Shown: positions 23,816-35,743 of the stretch, piece by piece | Layout: every line of letters starts with the position of its first letter | How positions within the stretch are numbered: position 1 is the first letter of the stretch | NCBI GenBank assembly: GCA_035193785.1 | Contig: CP136572.1 | Location: forward strand, 5,108,578-5,172,577 | Origin: Planktothrix sp. GU0601_MAG3 | GTDB taxonomy: Bacteria; Cyanobacteriota; Cyanobacteriia; Cyanobacteriales; Microcoleaceae | Length of the DNA stretch: 64,000 nucleotides | Reading direction: 5' to 3' | The notes under the pieces: generated by a model | What the model was told of the DNA's origin: nothing | Database searches by the model: none | The model's input: the letters and a program-made list of their open reading frames with translations, nothing else | Position numbers and translations under genes: made by a program

Positions 23816-25120
23816 TTATTCTGATAAATTAAGTTTTTTATTATGACAAACAACTCCCCAAATTCCTGATAAGATTATCCAATTCAAGGTATTTACTCTA
23901 AAATCAAATAAACTGACATCAAAACAGTTAAACAAAATTAATCCGAAAAACGTGATTAAATAGCTATAATAAATTAATCGCTCTGAAGGATTAGTTAGGC
24001 GATTATTTAATAATAAAAATCCTTGACTTAAAATCCAACCTATTATTCCCATAAAAAATAGTGCTGTAGGGATGCCAATTTCAGCAAACAGCATTAAAAA
24101 TAAATTATGGGGATGACCTAACCAAACGTTCATTTTAGCTTCATATAGGGGCGTAAAATTTCTTAATCCCCATCCGGTTAAGGGGCGAGTTTGGGCTAAA
24201 TTTAGGGCAAATTTCCATTGGGTAATTCTGAGGGTTTCTACCGGACGCACAAAATTTTCATCGGTAATTCTTTGCCAAAAATAAGCGGGGATAATCATTC
24301 TTAACCCTTCTTTAATAGGAGAGGGTGCAAAAGCTGACCCAAAAACGGCCGTTACTCCTGTTGTTACTAATAAGATTAACCACCACCATCTCAAATATAA
24401 AGCATAGGCTAAACTTGATAAAACTGCCAATCCCCAAGCATTACGAGAGTTAGTTAAAATTAAGTCAATTGCTGTTAATAATAGTGTGATAATTAAGAGT
24501 GTGATTTTCTGGTTTTTATTCAGAATATAACTATCATCATTCTGGGATTTATTTTGCCATTCTTCAATTAATAATCCTAGGGTTAATGTAAAAATAATTA
24601 CTAGATATACTGCCAAAATATTAGCATACATAAATACCGAGGACATTCGACCGACTGGGTTGCCATTTAGTTGTAAACTCCAGCCTAAAATTCCCTGTAA
24701 AATATCAATTCCCGACCAGCTTAAATATTGTTGTCCTAGTCCCAAAATTGTCACGGGAATAGCACCGAATATCATTAACCATGATAACCGTCGCAATTGA
24801 CTAGGGGTTTGGATAATTTCACTTAACCCCGCAAATGCAATAAAATAGGGAATAAAATTATTTAAACCGATTAAAGATTCAATAGAATTATCTGCTAAAA
24901 TAGAAATAATAACTAATAAAATACTAACGATAGCTAACCCTTGATTAATCGGATTTTTCCGAATAAATTGAAACCGTCGTTGATAACTAAAAATCATCCC
25001 TAAAAAAATAGAAATGCTACCAAATATTGGTAAAATAGGAAATAAAAACACCCCCCATTGTAAACAATTCCAAGGTAACTGTAATCGCCGTTCTGGGTGG
25101 GGTAAAAGTATGGATTGCAT
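23816..25120 (-). CDS. O-antigen ligase family membrane protein (IctB-like)
   Basis: Multi-TM protein with TNSRNAW, GWG and HPHNLFL motifs. Confidence 0.8.
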   Translation of the reverse strand: MQSILLPHPERRLQLPWNCLQWGVFLFPILPIFGSISIFLGMIFSYQRRFQFIRKNPINQGLAIVSILLVIISILADNSIESLIGLNNFIPYFIAFAGLSEIIQTPSQLRRLSWLMIFGAIPVTILGLGQQYLSWSGIDILQGILGWSLQLNGNPVGRMSSVFMYANILAVYLVIIFTLTLGLLIEEWQNKSQNDDSYILNKNQKITLLIITLLLTAIDLILTNSRNAWGLAVLSSLAYALYLRWWWLILLVTTGVTAVFGSAFAPSPIKEGLRMIIPAYFWQRITDENFVRPVETLRITQWKFALNLAQTRPLTGWGLRNFTPLYEAKMNVWLGHPHNLFLMLFAEIGIPTALFFMGIIGWILSQGFLLLNNRLTNPSERLIYYSYLITFFGLILFNCFDVSLFDFRVNTLNWIILSGIWGVVCHNKKLNLSE

Positions 25121-25154
25121 GGGTTAAAATCGGTCAAAAAACCTGAAGTCAGTA

Positions 25155-25995
25155 TTAAGAATAAGCCAAATCTGAACGGGTTAAACGAATTTGTGCTAAA
25201 GTAAATATGGTAGGAATAATCCTGGCATAATTAGTAGAAATAGCTCGCCATCCTAAGTCAGCCACTAACCACGTCCATAATAACGGCCCCAGGAAAGAAA
25301 ATACACTGCGGGTTAACCCATATTTAGCTGCCGTAACCGCCATTCCTCGATTTGCGGCTCGAATTGCTACATGATTTTGAAATTGAGTTGCCGCGGTTGC
25401 GCCTCCTTGAATTAAGGCTTCTTTTGCTACTTGATATTTAGCAAAATGTAAGGCGAATTGACCAGCTATTTGTCCTAAAATTATCGGTCGAATAACAGAA
25501 TTAACGGCTACCAAACTTCCAGCTTTAAATAACCATCCTAACGGATCTTTTTGGGCAGAAATTGGTAAGGGTTGTAAAGGTTTTGTTTCAGTTAATGCTT
25601 TTTGAACTTTTTGGGTGAGGTTAGTTTGTTTCTGACTGGGGTAAACGTTTCCAGGCTTGACCTAAAAGATGCAAAAAAACCTCCGCTTCTAAATCAGAAG
25701 TTGACAGGCTTTTTGAATAGGAAATTCTCAAATAATGACAGACTTGAATTAAGGCTTGGCGGTAAGTCACCTGTTGAGTTTTTCCCCGTAAAACCGTCAC
25801 CCCATCGGCGGCCAGATAGCGAAAACGCTGTTCTAAAGCGTCTAACCAGGCTTCCCGGTCTCGACTTTGAACGTCGATGGGGGTGGGGGTTTTTACATAG
25901 TCTAAAGGGTTCAAACCCCGACTAAATAAGAGTTCCGTTAACTGTTCTAACTCATCTTCTGTTGCCAGTTCTAATCCAGATCTAAGTTCGTCCAA
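25155..25995 (-). CDS. YaaW-family protein; frameshift near 25630
   Basis: TTG start after an AGGAGG RBS. DELRSGLELATEDEL, RFRYLAADG and DLGWRAISTNY motifs. Confidence 0.75.
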
Positions 25996-26100
25996 TGTTG
26001 ATATCCTCCTCAATTGGGAGTTCTTTCATTTACTATTTTACTACAATTTAGGAAAATTTGTTATTCTTGAAGTTATCCATAATCCCTGTTTGTCCTCCTG

Positions 26101-28083
26101 TCAATTAAAGTTACTATTTCTAATATTACCTGAAGGAATAGAAGCAATTAATTGGCGAGTATAGGCTTGTTTGGGATGGCGATAAATTTCTTCGGCGGTT
26201 CCGATTTCTTCGATTTTTCCTTGATTCATCACAATAATGCGATCGCTCATAAATTTAACCACACTTAAATCATGGGAAATAAAAATATAAGTCAGATTAA
26301 ATTCCGATTGTAACTCTTTTAATAGGTTCAAAACCTGCGCCTGTACCGACACATCCAGGGCGGAAACTGATTCATCACAAATAATAAATTTAGGATTTAA
26401 TGCTAAAGCTCTAGCAATACAAATCCGTTGTCTTTGTCCCCCGGAAAATTCATGGGGATAACGGCGCATCAAATCAGGATTTAATCCGACTCTTTCTAAT
26501 AAATAAGCCACGCGATCGCATTTTTCCTTAAAATTATTTCCCACTTGATGAATAATTAAAGGTTCCATTACCGCGTCCCCAATGCTGATTCTAGGGTCAA
26601 GGGAACTAAAGGGATCTTGAAAAATAATCTGCATATTCCGTCGCACCGGACGTATTTTCTGATTGAATTGTTGTTGATTTCGATAATTTTTAATTCCACT
26701 GAATAGAGTTGTTTCTAAATAGGGTGCGGTAATATCCTGACCATCAAATAATACCTGACCACTCAAGGGCTTAATTAGTTGTAAAATTGCTCTGGCTAGG
26801 GTACTTTTTCCACAGCCTGATTCTCCCACTAATCCTAGGGTTTCCCCTGGATAAACCTCAAAAGAAACATCATTAACCGCCATAAATAACCGTTTAGTTT
26901 GAGCCAATATTCCGGGTATTTTAAAAGCGACTCTTAAATTTTTAACAGATAAGATTGAATTTTCTGAGGATGAACTTAATCCAAAAGATTGAGATTTTAA
27001 AGCACTATTAGAAATATTATTATAAATTTTATTAATTTCTGACTGAGGTTTTTCTCTAATTTCTTTTTCCCCATTTTCTAAGGTAACAACCTCCATAAAA
27101 TCCGCCACCGTTGGTAATCGTACCGCCGGGTTATCTAAGGTGGGACGACAGGCTAATAATCCTTTGGTATAGGGATTTTTGGGGGCTGTAAAAATTTGCT
27201 GAATAGTTCCTGATTCAACTATTTTTCCTTGGAACATTACCGCCACTTGGTCAGCAATTTGAGCGATAATTCCCAAATCATGGGTAATAAAAATCATCGC
27301 CATTCCCCGATATTCTTGTAACTCTTGAAGTAAGTCTAATATTGTGGCTTGTACCGTCACATCTAAGGCTGTTGTCGGTTCGTCCGCAATTAATAATATC
27401 GGGTTACAAGAAATCGCCATAGCAATCATTACCCGTTGCAATTGTCCCCCCGATAATTCATGGGGATAGCGATCTAACATAGCTCGTTTTTGAGCATTAA
27501 CTTGTTGAATTACTTCTCTTTTTCTGGTGCGTTTATCTTGTAATTCCTGGGGAGAAAGGGATGTTGATTGATGATTTTGTGCTTCTAATGCTTGCTGCAT
27601 TAATTGATCATCACTAGGGAGTAATTTTACTTCCTGTAATAAGGATGCAGCTTTCCACATCGCCTGTTTCGGGGATATTTGTTGATGCTGAATAATAGCT
27701 TCTGTCAACTGAAAACCAATGGTAAATACGGGGTTAAGAGAGGTCATAGGTTCCTGAAAAATCATGGAAATTCGACCGCCGCGATAGGTTTGTTTTTGAG
27801 TTGATGATAGTTGTAATAAATTAACAGGTTGGGAATAGGGGTTATAGTCTTCAGATTCAGGAATTTGAAACCAAACTTCTCCGCCAACTTGAGTAGTTTC
27901 GGTCGAAATTAATCCCATAATTGCTAATGCTGTCACGGATTTTCCTGAACCGGACTCGCCCACAATTCCCAGGGTTTGTCCCCGTCCAACCTGGAAAGAA
28001 ATACCATCAACGGCGGTAAGCGTCCGTTCGTCGGTTTCAAACTCAACCCGCAGATTATTCACGTTCAGGACAGGATATTGCAT
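26101..28083 (-). CDS. Fused double-domain peptide/nickel ABC ATPase (DppD/F-like)
   Basis: Two Walker A motifs (GESGSGKS, GESGCGKS) and two signature motifs (LSGGQ, FSGGQ). Confidence 0.92.
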   Translation of the reverse strand: MQYPVLNVNNLRVEFETDERTLTAVDGISFQVGRGQTLGIVGESGSGKSVTALAIMGLISTETTQVGGEVWFQIPESEDYNPYSQPVNLLQLSSTQKQTYRGGRISMIFQEPMTSLNPVFTIGFQLTEAIIQHQQISPKQAMWKAASLLQEVKLLPSDDQLMQQALEAQNHQSTSLSPQELQDKRTRKREVIQQVNAQKRAMLDRYPHELSGGQLQRVMIAMAISCNPILLIADEPTTALDVTVQATILDLLQELQEYRGMAMIFITHDLGIIAQIADQVAVMFQGKIVESGTIQQIFTAPKNPYTKGLLACRPTLDNPAVRLPTVADFMEVVTLENGEKEIREKPQSEINKIYNNISNSALKSQSFGLSSSSENSILSVKNLRVAFKIPGILAQTKRLFMAVNDVSFEVYPGETLGLVGESGCGKSTLARAILQLIKPLSGQVLFDGQDITAPYLETTLFSGIKNYRNQQQFNQKIRPVRRNMQIIFQDPFSSLDPRISIGDAVMEPLIIHQVGNNFKEKCDRVAYLLERVGLNPDLMRRYPHEFSGGQRQRICIARALALNPKFIICDESVSALDVSVQAQVLNLLKELQSEFNLTYIFISHDLSVVKFMSDRIIVMNQGKIEEIGTAEEIYRHPKQAYTRQLIASIPSGNIRNSNFN

Positions 28084-28421
28084 GGAAGTTACCCTTTTGA
28101 TCAATTCTATTCTTGAATCAATTTAACAGAAGATGGGGAAATAGGGGATAGAATGGCGTCGCACTAACCCGAAAGGATGGCATCAATGCTAAAATAGGAA
28201 TATATCTACTTTACCTAATTATGAATATTATATGAGGCAGATTGAAAGTATTACAATTCATCAATAATATGCAGTAATTCGCTATAAAAACTTTTGTCCA
28301 GAGTATTGATAATGCAAACCTCTATACGTCCTCCTGATAAAGAACTTAAAAGTATTATTCAGGAAATTTTGGATGATTAAAAAGAGATAATAAAGATTAA
28401 GTCTTTAGTGGATAATCTTTT

Positions 28422-31400
28422 TTAAGTTTTACCCTCAACTATTTTAATTTCTGCTTCTGTTAACCCATATAATTCATAAACCAGTTGGTCGATTTGTTGT
28501 TCTAAGCTATTATTTATTGAAGTCTCATTTATTAATTTTGATGCTAAGTTTATCAGTTCATTTTGCTGTTTATCTGTGGGATGTAGGGGAATAGATAGGG
28601 GTTCTAAATATTTCGTTTTAAAGCGAGAATAACCTCCTCGAATAATATTACCTGTATTTGATAAGAAAAACCAAATTAGTCGGGAATTAAGAATCGCTAA
28701 AAAATACTCGATTGCTAAATGTACATCAGTTTTTAAGATTAATGCGTAGGTTGTGTCATTATGAAAATAGTTTCCTTCCCTATCTAAACTCATTTTTGTC
28801 CCCAAACAGATATCAGGAGTTAGAATTTTAGGACTATTTAAGTTAATGATTTGACGAGAATTCCATAGCGCATACCAAGCTGGATATTTCATTTTTGAAC
28901 TTCCTCGCATTGATAATCTTTTTTTGTGAATTTTTAAATATTGATAGGTCAAGGGATAATCTTCAACTAACTGTTTTTCTGGTATTAACATAGTCCGATT
29001 ATTTAATAAATAATAGGGATAAATTATATAAAGATCAGAATTTTTGTTTTTCCATTTTTCTATGTTTTTTCCGGTTAGCAAAGGTTTACATATTTGTTTT
29101 TCTAGTTTAACCTGATTATTGAGTGCTTTAGAATAGCCTAGAATATGTGCTTCTAATTCAATACAATTATACAAATAAAATATATCATTATCCCCTGAGA
29201 TAATTCCTTGAAAAATCCCCTTAAATATTGAGTTAATGGGTTCACCTTTGGTTTTAACACAATCAATAATTTGATGAATTTTAGAATTGCTTAAATTCCA
29301 TGGATTTTGATTTAATTCTCCGTACATAAGTCTATTAAACTTTAAATATTCTCCATATTTAATCATTTCAGGATGAATTTTTATAAATTCTAGTTGTGAA
29401 TTATTGCGGGAGAAAAAGCTAATACAAGTATAAGTTGTTGCATCTTCAAAAACCTTATGATCCTCAAAATGAATAATTTTATTAACAAACTGATTCTGTT
29501 TTAAATATTCTCTTGTATTAGTAGCAAAGTCAGCAACTAAATATTTATGGGGAAGAATATATGCAGAATAGGAGGATTTTTTTGTAATTTGATTTAGAAG
29601 TTCAATAAACAGTACATAGATATCATATTTCCCCTTAGCTGTAAAATAGTGATGGTTATAAAATTCTTTATTAGAAACTTCTTTAAATCCCATATAAGGC
29701 GGATTTCCTATCACAACATCAAAACCAATAAACTTTCCTTCATCATCCAAAATTTCAGGAAACTCAAACCGCCATTCAAAAGCATGATCATAAATTTTAC
29801 CACTTTCGATTTCCTCAATTTCTACCCTTAACTTATCAATCTCATTATTTAACTTAATAACTTTCTTCTCCCGCGCTTTTTGTTCGGTTTTAGTTTCCTC
29901 AAATAGCGAAAGTTGATGCTCTAAATTATAAACTTCTCCCTCTAACTGTCTTAACTTCGTTTTCTTGGGGTCAATTCCTTGAAGTGTGGTTTTAAAATTA
30001 CTTTTAATACTATTAATTAACCTTTCCATATCCCGCTTTTGCTGTTTATTCTCCGCATGGCGATAGGTCTGGACAGCATTTTGATAGGTTTTAATATCAA
30101 TACCACTTTTCTTTAACGCTGGTTTTAAATCCGCATCCAAGGGAAAACGACTAATTAAAGAATTACCGCACTTGATATTAATATCAATATTCGGTAGGGT
30201 TTTCAATTCGCTGTAATCACTATTTTTATAATAGGCATTTTTTAGTAATTCTATCCCTAACCGTAACTGACATATTTTAACCGAGTTGGGGTTAATATCC
30301 ACACCAAATAGGCAATTTTCGATAATCGTTTGTTTTTCGTGAAATAGAGTTTCTTGGAGGCGTTGACTTTCTGGGTTTTGGGGAATATAGCTAAATAATT
30401 TATGCTCTTTATCCCTGATTATTAAGTGATCATTTTCTACCCTGATTTGATATTCTTTTAATCGTTTTCCAGTTTGATACTGTAGGATATTCAGATCATT
30501 TTTAATTGCAATAATTTCATTTAAAGCTGACACCAAAAAATGTCCCGAACCCACCGCCGGGTCACAAATTTTTAGACTATTAATAATTTGATTTGCTTCG
30601 TTTCTATCTTCTATTTTATCATATAAATCATCCAGATTTTGACAATTCCAACCTTTAATTTCATTAAATTTCTGGACAACTGCTTTCCGTAAGGTTTCCC
30701 GACACATATACATGGTAATAAAACCCGGGGTAAAATATGACCCGTCTTGATAACCGTTAATTTTCTCAAAAATTAGTCCTAAAACCGAAGCGTTAATTAG
30801 GGTTTTCTGATCTTCTTGAATACCTTCTAAACCTTCGCTACTAAAATCATAAGCGTCGAGAAACTCAAATAAATATTGTAGGGTATTCAGTTCTCCGGTG
30901 CGTTTATTTCCGTTATGATCTTTTAAAATAGTTGTTGAACAAATCGGAAGTTTTTTGGTTCCCAGGTCACTAATAACTAGGGTTTGATCTTCTAATTCCG
31001 TTGGTTCAAATAGGGAACTATTCAGATAGGGAATATGGGCAAAAATTGTTTTTACGTCTTCCTGGCGTTGATTTTGTTTAACTGATAATACCTGAAAAAA
31101 TAGACGGTTTAAATTATAGAAGTTATAGATTTTGTCTGAATTTAGAAAGGCAAAATTGCGATAGGCTCCGCCTCGACATTCGCCCTTATGATAAGTTATT
31201 AATTGAGATTCTAATAATTTCAAGAATAAAATCCGGTTTATCCAAGTAATTGATAGCTCTAAAGCAATATTAAAAACCTGTTCGGATGCAGTTTCTCCAA
31301 ATTGTTCGGGTTTTTCTAGTCGGGAAATTTTATCTAAACTATTCAGTTTTGAAATAGCATTTTCTAGCAGTGAACCCGGATTTCTTTGTGCTTTGGGTTG

Positions 31401-31538
31401 ACGTTTGATCAGTTTTTTATTCTTTTCTTTGATTTCGGTTAAACCAATAATATGCAGTAATTCACTATAAAAACTTTTGTCGAGAGTATTGCTATCTTTA
31501 TTTAAGGTTTCTCTAGGTTGTCTTTGGTTATTTTTCAT
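28422..31538 (-). CDS. Type IIG/Eco57I-like N6-adenine methyltransferase-specificity protein lacking the nuclease domain (copy B)
   Basis: GSYFTP, DPAVGSGHF (motif I), GVDIN, GNPPY (motif IV) and a TaqI-C-like C-terminus. The N-terminus jumps from PRETLNK straight to DSNTLDK. Confidence 0.88.
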   Translation of the reverse strand: MKNNQRQPRETLNKDSNTLDKSFYSELLHIIGLTEIKEKNKKLIKRQPKAQRNPGSLLENAISKLNSLDKISRLEKPEQFGETASEQVFNIALELSITWINRILFLKLLESQLITYHKGECRGGAYRNFAFLNSDKIYNFYNLNRLFFQVLSVKQNQRQEDVKTIFAHIPYLNSSLFEPTELEDQTLVISDLGTKKLPICSTTILKDHNGNKRTGELNTLQYLFEFLDAYDFSSEGLEGIQEDQKTLINASVLGLIFEKINGYQDGSYFTPGFITMYMCRETLRKAVVQKFNEIKGWNCQNLDDLYDKIEDRNEANQIINSLKICDPAVGSGHFLVSALNEIIAIKNDLNILQYQTGKRLKEYQIRVENDHLIIRDKEHKLFSYIPQNPESQRLQETLFHEKQTIIENCLFGVDINPNSVKICQLRLGIELLKNAYYKNSDYSELKTLPNIDINIKCGNSLISRFPLDADLKPALKKSGIDIKTYQNAVQTYRHAENKQQKRDMERLINSIKSNFKTTLQGIDPKKTKLRQLEGEVYNLEHQLSLFEETKTEQKAREKKVIKLNNEIDKLRVEIEEIESGKIYDHAFEWRFEFPEILDDEGKFIGFDVVIGNPPYMGFKEVSNKEFYNHHYFTAKGKYDIYVLFIELLNQITKKSSYSAYILPHKYLVADFATNTREYLKQNQFVNKIIHFEDHKVFEDATTYTCISFFSRNNSQLEFIKIHPEMIKYGEYLKFNRLMYGELNQNPWNLSNSKIHQIIDCVKTKGEPINSIFKGIFQGIISGDNDIFYLYNCIELEAHILGYSKALNNQVKLEKQICKPLLTGKNIEKWKNKNSDLYIIYPYYLLNNRTMLIPEKQLVEDYPLTYQYLKIHKKRLSMRGSSKMKYPAWYALWNSRQIINLNSPKILTPDICLGTKMSLDREGNYFHNDTTYALILKTDVHLAIEYFLAILNSRLIWFFLSNTGNIIRGGYSRFKTKYLEPLSIPLHPTDKQQNELINLASKLINETSINNSLEQQIDQLVYELYGLTEAEIKIVEGKT

Positions 31539-31655
31539 AGTCAAAATTACCAGAAATACGGGTTAAAGAAAGTACAAATAGGGAAACACAAAGACACTAA
31601 GACACTAAGAAATGAAGATTATCAAGGGTAAATAAGGGGAAGTGAATAATATTTT

Positions 31656-34600
31656 TTAGGTTTTACCCTCAACTATTTTAATTTCTGCTTCTGTTAATCC
31701 ATATAATTCATAAACCAGTTGGTCTATTTGTTGTTCTAATATTGTTGTATCTGCATTTGGGTTAGATTTTTTGGCGGTGATGATTTGATCAACTAATTTT
31801 TCTAATAACAATTCTTCAGTTTCCGTAGGTTTCTTTAATAGGTAACATTTCAATTTTATACTTTTTCCATCTATTTGTACCCATTCCTGTGGTAGTTGAA
31901 ATTTGGTTAAAGTACCATTCTGATAATCTTGAATTTAGAATTGCTAACAAATACTTAAGTTTTTCACCCGTCATCAAAAAGGTAGTAACTTCAGCATAAT
32001 AGTTAGAGTCATCAAAAGCAAATTTAGGTTGATCAGAAATCTCACCCCAAACGATTTTAGGTTTTTCAAAATCTTTCCAGTAAGCAATAGAATCTTGGGT
32101 TTCAAACCATTGATTATTTGTCTTTTTTCTACTACCTTCAATACCAGACTGCTCTAACCTTTTTCTTCCAATTTTTTCAAAATAAGCCATAATAGCTGGA
32201 TAATTTTTAATATCTAAAGCTAGACTAGGGAATGTACCTATTACCCATTGACTTGAAAAAGTATAACTATATTTTTTTAAATCTCTACCTCTTAAAATTG
32301 GCTGAATTATTTCAGCAGAATTAAAACTTTCAGAGATTAATTTATTTTTAGTTTCCTCATTTATAATAAAAGCCGCGTTTAGTCCAGTAAGTAAACCTCT
32401 ATTAATATTAATATTAAATTCTTTTAATATTTTAGAAGATTGCTCTATTTTTGATTTTAAATCAGTTGTTTTTATATTACCTATAATCCATTCTGATCTA
32501 CTAGGTATTTTAAATTGAAAACAGTTTTTATCAAAATACTCATCTAATGAAGAAACCGATAAGATAATTATTCGTTAGACTAGCAACATCAAAATATTCA
32601 TTTACTTTATCTTTTTTGAGAATTATGATATTTGATTCAACAGTTGCTTCTTCAAAAATTTGAATGTCTTCAATATTTAATAAAGTCTGAGGTTGCATAT
32701 TTTCAATGAAATATTTCTTTAGTGAATCACCATAAATAGTTTTTAACCAAGAATTAGAAGTAATGTAAGCTAAAAATCCTCTTTTTCTCAAAACACAATT
32801 TCCTTTTTCATAAAACAAGCAATAAATATCTGAAACCTTTGTATATGTCTGATAGTTATTCTCAAAATAAGCAGTTTGATATTTTTCCTTGATTTTGGAT
32901 AGAGAAAAATAAGGAGGATTTCCAATCACAACATCAAAACCGATAAACTTTCCCTCATCATCCAAAATTTCAGGAAACTCAAACCGCCATTCAAAAGCAT
33001 GATCATAAATTTTACCGCTTTCGATTTCCTCAATTTCTACCCTTAACTTATCAATCTCATTATTCAACTTAACAATTTTTTTCTCCCGCGTTTTTTGTTC
33101 GGTTTTAGTTTCCTCAAATAGCGAAAGTTGATTCTCTAAATTATAAATTTCTCCCTCTAACTGTCTTAATTTAGTTTTCTTGGGGTCAATTCCTTGAAGT
33201 GTGGTTTTAAAATCACCTTTAATGGTATTCATTAACTTTTCCATCTTTCGCTTTTGCTGTTTATTTTCAGCATGGCGATAGGTTTGGACAGCGTTTTGAT
33301 AGGTTTCAATATCAATACTATTTTTCTTTAACGCTGGTTTTAAATCCGCATCCAAGGGAAAACGACTAATTAAAGAGTTACCGTGCTTGATATTAATATC
33401 AATATTCGGTAGGGTTTCCAATTCCGTGTAATTACTCTCCTCTTTATAATAGGCATTTTTTAACAATTCTATCCATAACCGTAACCGACAAATTTTAACC
33501 GAGTTCGGGTTAATATCCACCCCCAATAAACAATTTTCGATAATCGTTTGCTTTTCGTGAAATAGAGTTTCTTGGATGCGTTGACTTTCCCGATTTTGCG
33601 GCGTATAGCTAAAGGGTTTATTATCTTCATCGGTGATGATTAATTCATCATTTTCTACAATAACTTGATATTCTTTTAATCGTCTCCCGTTTTTATCCTG
33701 TAAAATTTTCAGATCATTTTTAATCGCAATAATTTCATTCAACGCTGACACCAAAAAATGTCCCGAAACCCACCGCCGGATCACAAATTTTTAGACTATT
33801 AATAATTTGATTTGCTTCGGTTCTATCTTCTATTTTATCATATAAATCATCAATAGTTTGGCAATTCCAACCTTTAATTTCATTAAATTTCTGGACAACA
33901 GCTTTCCGCAAAGTTTCCCGACACATATACATGGTAATAAAACCCGGGGTAAAATATGACCCGTCTTGATAACCGTTAATCTTCTCAAAAATTAGTCCTA
34001 AAACCGAAGCGTTAATTAGGGTTTTCTGATCTTCCTGAATTCCTTCTGACCCTTCGCTACTAAAATCATAAGCATCGAGAAACTCAAATAAATATTGTAG
34101 GGTATTCAGTTCTCCCGTGCGTTTATTTCCGTTAGCATCTTTTAAAACAGTTGTTGATAAAATCGGGAGTTTTTCGGCTCTCAGATTACTAATAACTAGG
34201 GTTTGATGTTCGAGTTCGGTGGGTTCAAATAGGGAACTATTCAGATAGGGAACATGAGAAAATATCTTGTTTATATCGGGCTTTCTCTCACTAGATTTAA
34301 CCGCTAATACCTGAAAAAATAACCGATCCAAATCATCAAAATTATGGATTTTATCTAAATTTAAAAAGGCAAAATTGCGATAGGCTCCGCCTCGACATTC
34401 GCCTTTATGGTAACTAATTAGTTGAGATTCTAATAATTTTAAGAATAAAATCCGGTTGATCCAGGTAATTGATAACTCTAAAGCAATATTAAAAACCTGG
34501 TCAGGTGCAGTTTCTCCAAATTGTTCGGGTTTTTCTATTCGGGAAATTTTATCTAAACTATCGAGTTGTAAAATAGCATTTTCTAGCAGTGAAGCTGGAT

Positions 34601-35441
34601 TTCTTTGTGCTTCGGGTTGACGTTTGATCAGTTTTTTATTCTTTTCTTTGGTTTCTGTTAGACCGATCAGATGGAGTAATTCACTATAAAAGCCTTTATC
34701 CAGGGTATTGCTATCATTAGCAGTCGGTAATTTTAATAAATGTTGCGGGGAAAGTAACTTAAATAAAGCGATTAGTTTTTCATCATTTTCGGGTTTATCA
34801 TCTCTAACAAATGCTTCATAGTCTTGAATATTAAAATAAGTGAATTGTAGTTCATTTTTAATCTTTTCTATGGCAGGTTTAGCAATTTCTTTATAGAAAA
34901 AATCGGTAGTTTTACCCGTTAAGCGTCCGGCGGTAAAATCTTCAAATTGTTTAATAATCTGTTTATTATCACAAAAGTATTTCTCAAAAATCTGGGCATC
35001 AAAAATAAACCATTCATTAATATTAGTAGCAATTAAATATTTAATTTCTAGGTTATTATTGGTAATTCGTTCTCTCAAAAAATATAAAACCAACTCTTGT
35101 AAGGCTTTAGCGTTCAGGTTTTCAACCTTAACCATTTCTGCTTTATTTTTGGGTTTCTTAACTTCCAAAATAATCCCAACGGGGCTTTGAGGATTTTTTT
35201 GATTATGAATAACAAGGTCGTTGCGTTCTTTGGTATTAATAAAAAATTCAGGACTATAATAGGTATTTTTCAGGAAATCAGCCATGAGATTTTTATGAAA
35301 TTCTTCTGATTCCTTCTCATTGATTTGTTCAAGGAGATTAATCAAATTAGTCTTGAATTTTTCAATATCGCTGCGGCTGACTTTAACCTTCAGAAACGCT
35401 TTATTTAATGATTCTCTGGGGCATTTGGGGTGATTGTTCAT
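31656..35441 (-). CDS. Full-length Type IIG restriction-modification enzyme (copy A, about 1260 aa after repairing frameshifts near 33767, 32553 and 31831)
   Basis: N-terminal NDLVI...ILEVKKP PD-(D/E)xK-type nuclease motif, methyltransferase motifs I and IV, and a TaqI-C-like PKIVWGEI region. I translated 32190-32550 by hand and it is open. Confidence 0.88.
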
Positions 35442-35540
35442 GATCAAAACCTGAAGAAACAAGACCGAGCATCGTTTCCCAGGCTGAAGCCAGAGAATGA
35501 CTAGAGGAGGTTCAACCTCCGAATTAATTCTACATCCCAA

Positions 35541-35605
35541 AGAAACCGGGTTTCTGTGTTGATACGGCCAACCCACCCAGAAACTTGTTGAGAAACCCGG
35601 TTTCT
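35541..35605. repeat. AGAAACCGGGTTTCT / AGAAACCCGGTTTCT palindrome pair
   Basis: Two 15-bp palindromes that are reverse complements of each other; a variant lies at 46681-46695. Confidence 0.7.
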
Positions 35606-35679
35606 GACTCTATATATTATATACATACTCCTAAATGTAACGAAATATTACAAAAATGCCGTCATAGAGGCATAACGTC

Positions 35680-35708
35680 TTGACATCTGGAAAAAGGTTC
35701 GTTATCTT
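35680..35708 (+). promoter_or_regulatory. Sigma70-type promoter for the RHH-ycf46-ycf35 operon
   Basis: TTGACA, 17-bp spacer, TATCTT. Confidence 0.6.
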
Positions 35709-35743
35709 GAGACACATACCCGGGTACACAAGTTCACAGTCTT

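Noticed and set aside
35637..35651. NtcA site
   Set aside because: The spacing is GTA-N9-TAC rather than the GTA-N8-TAC consensus.
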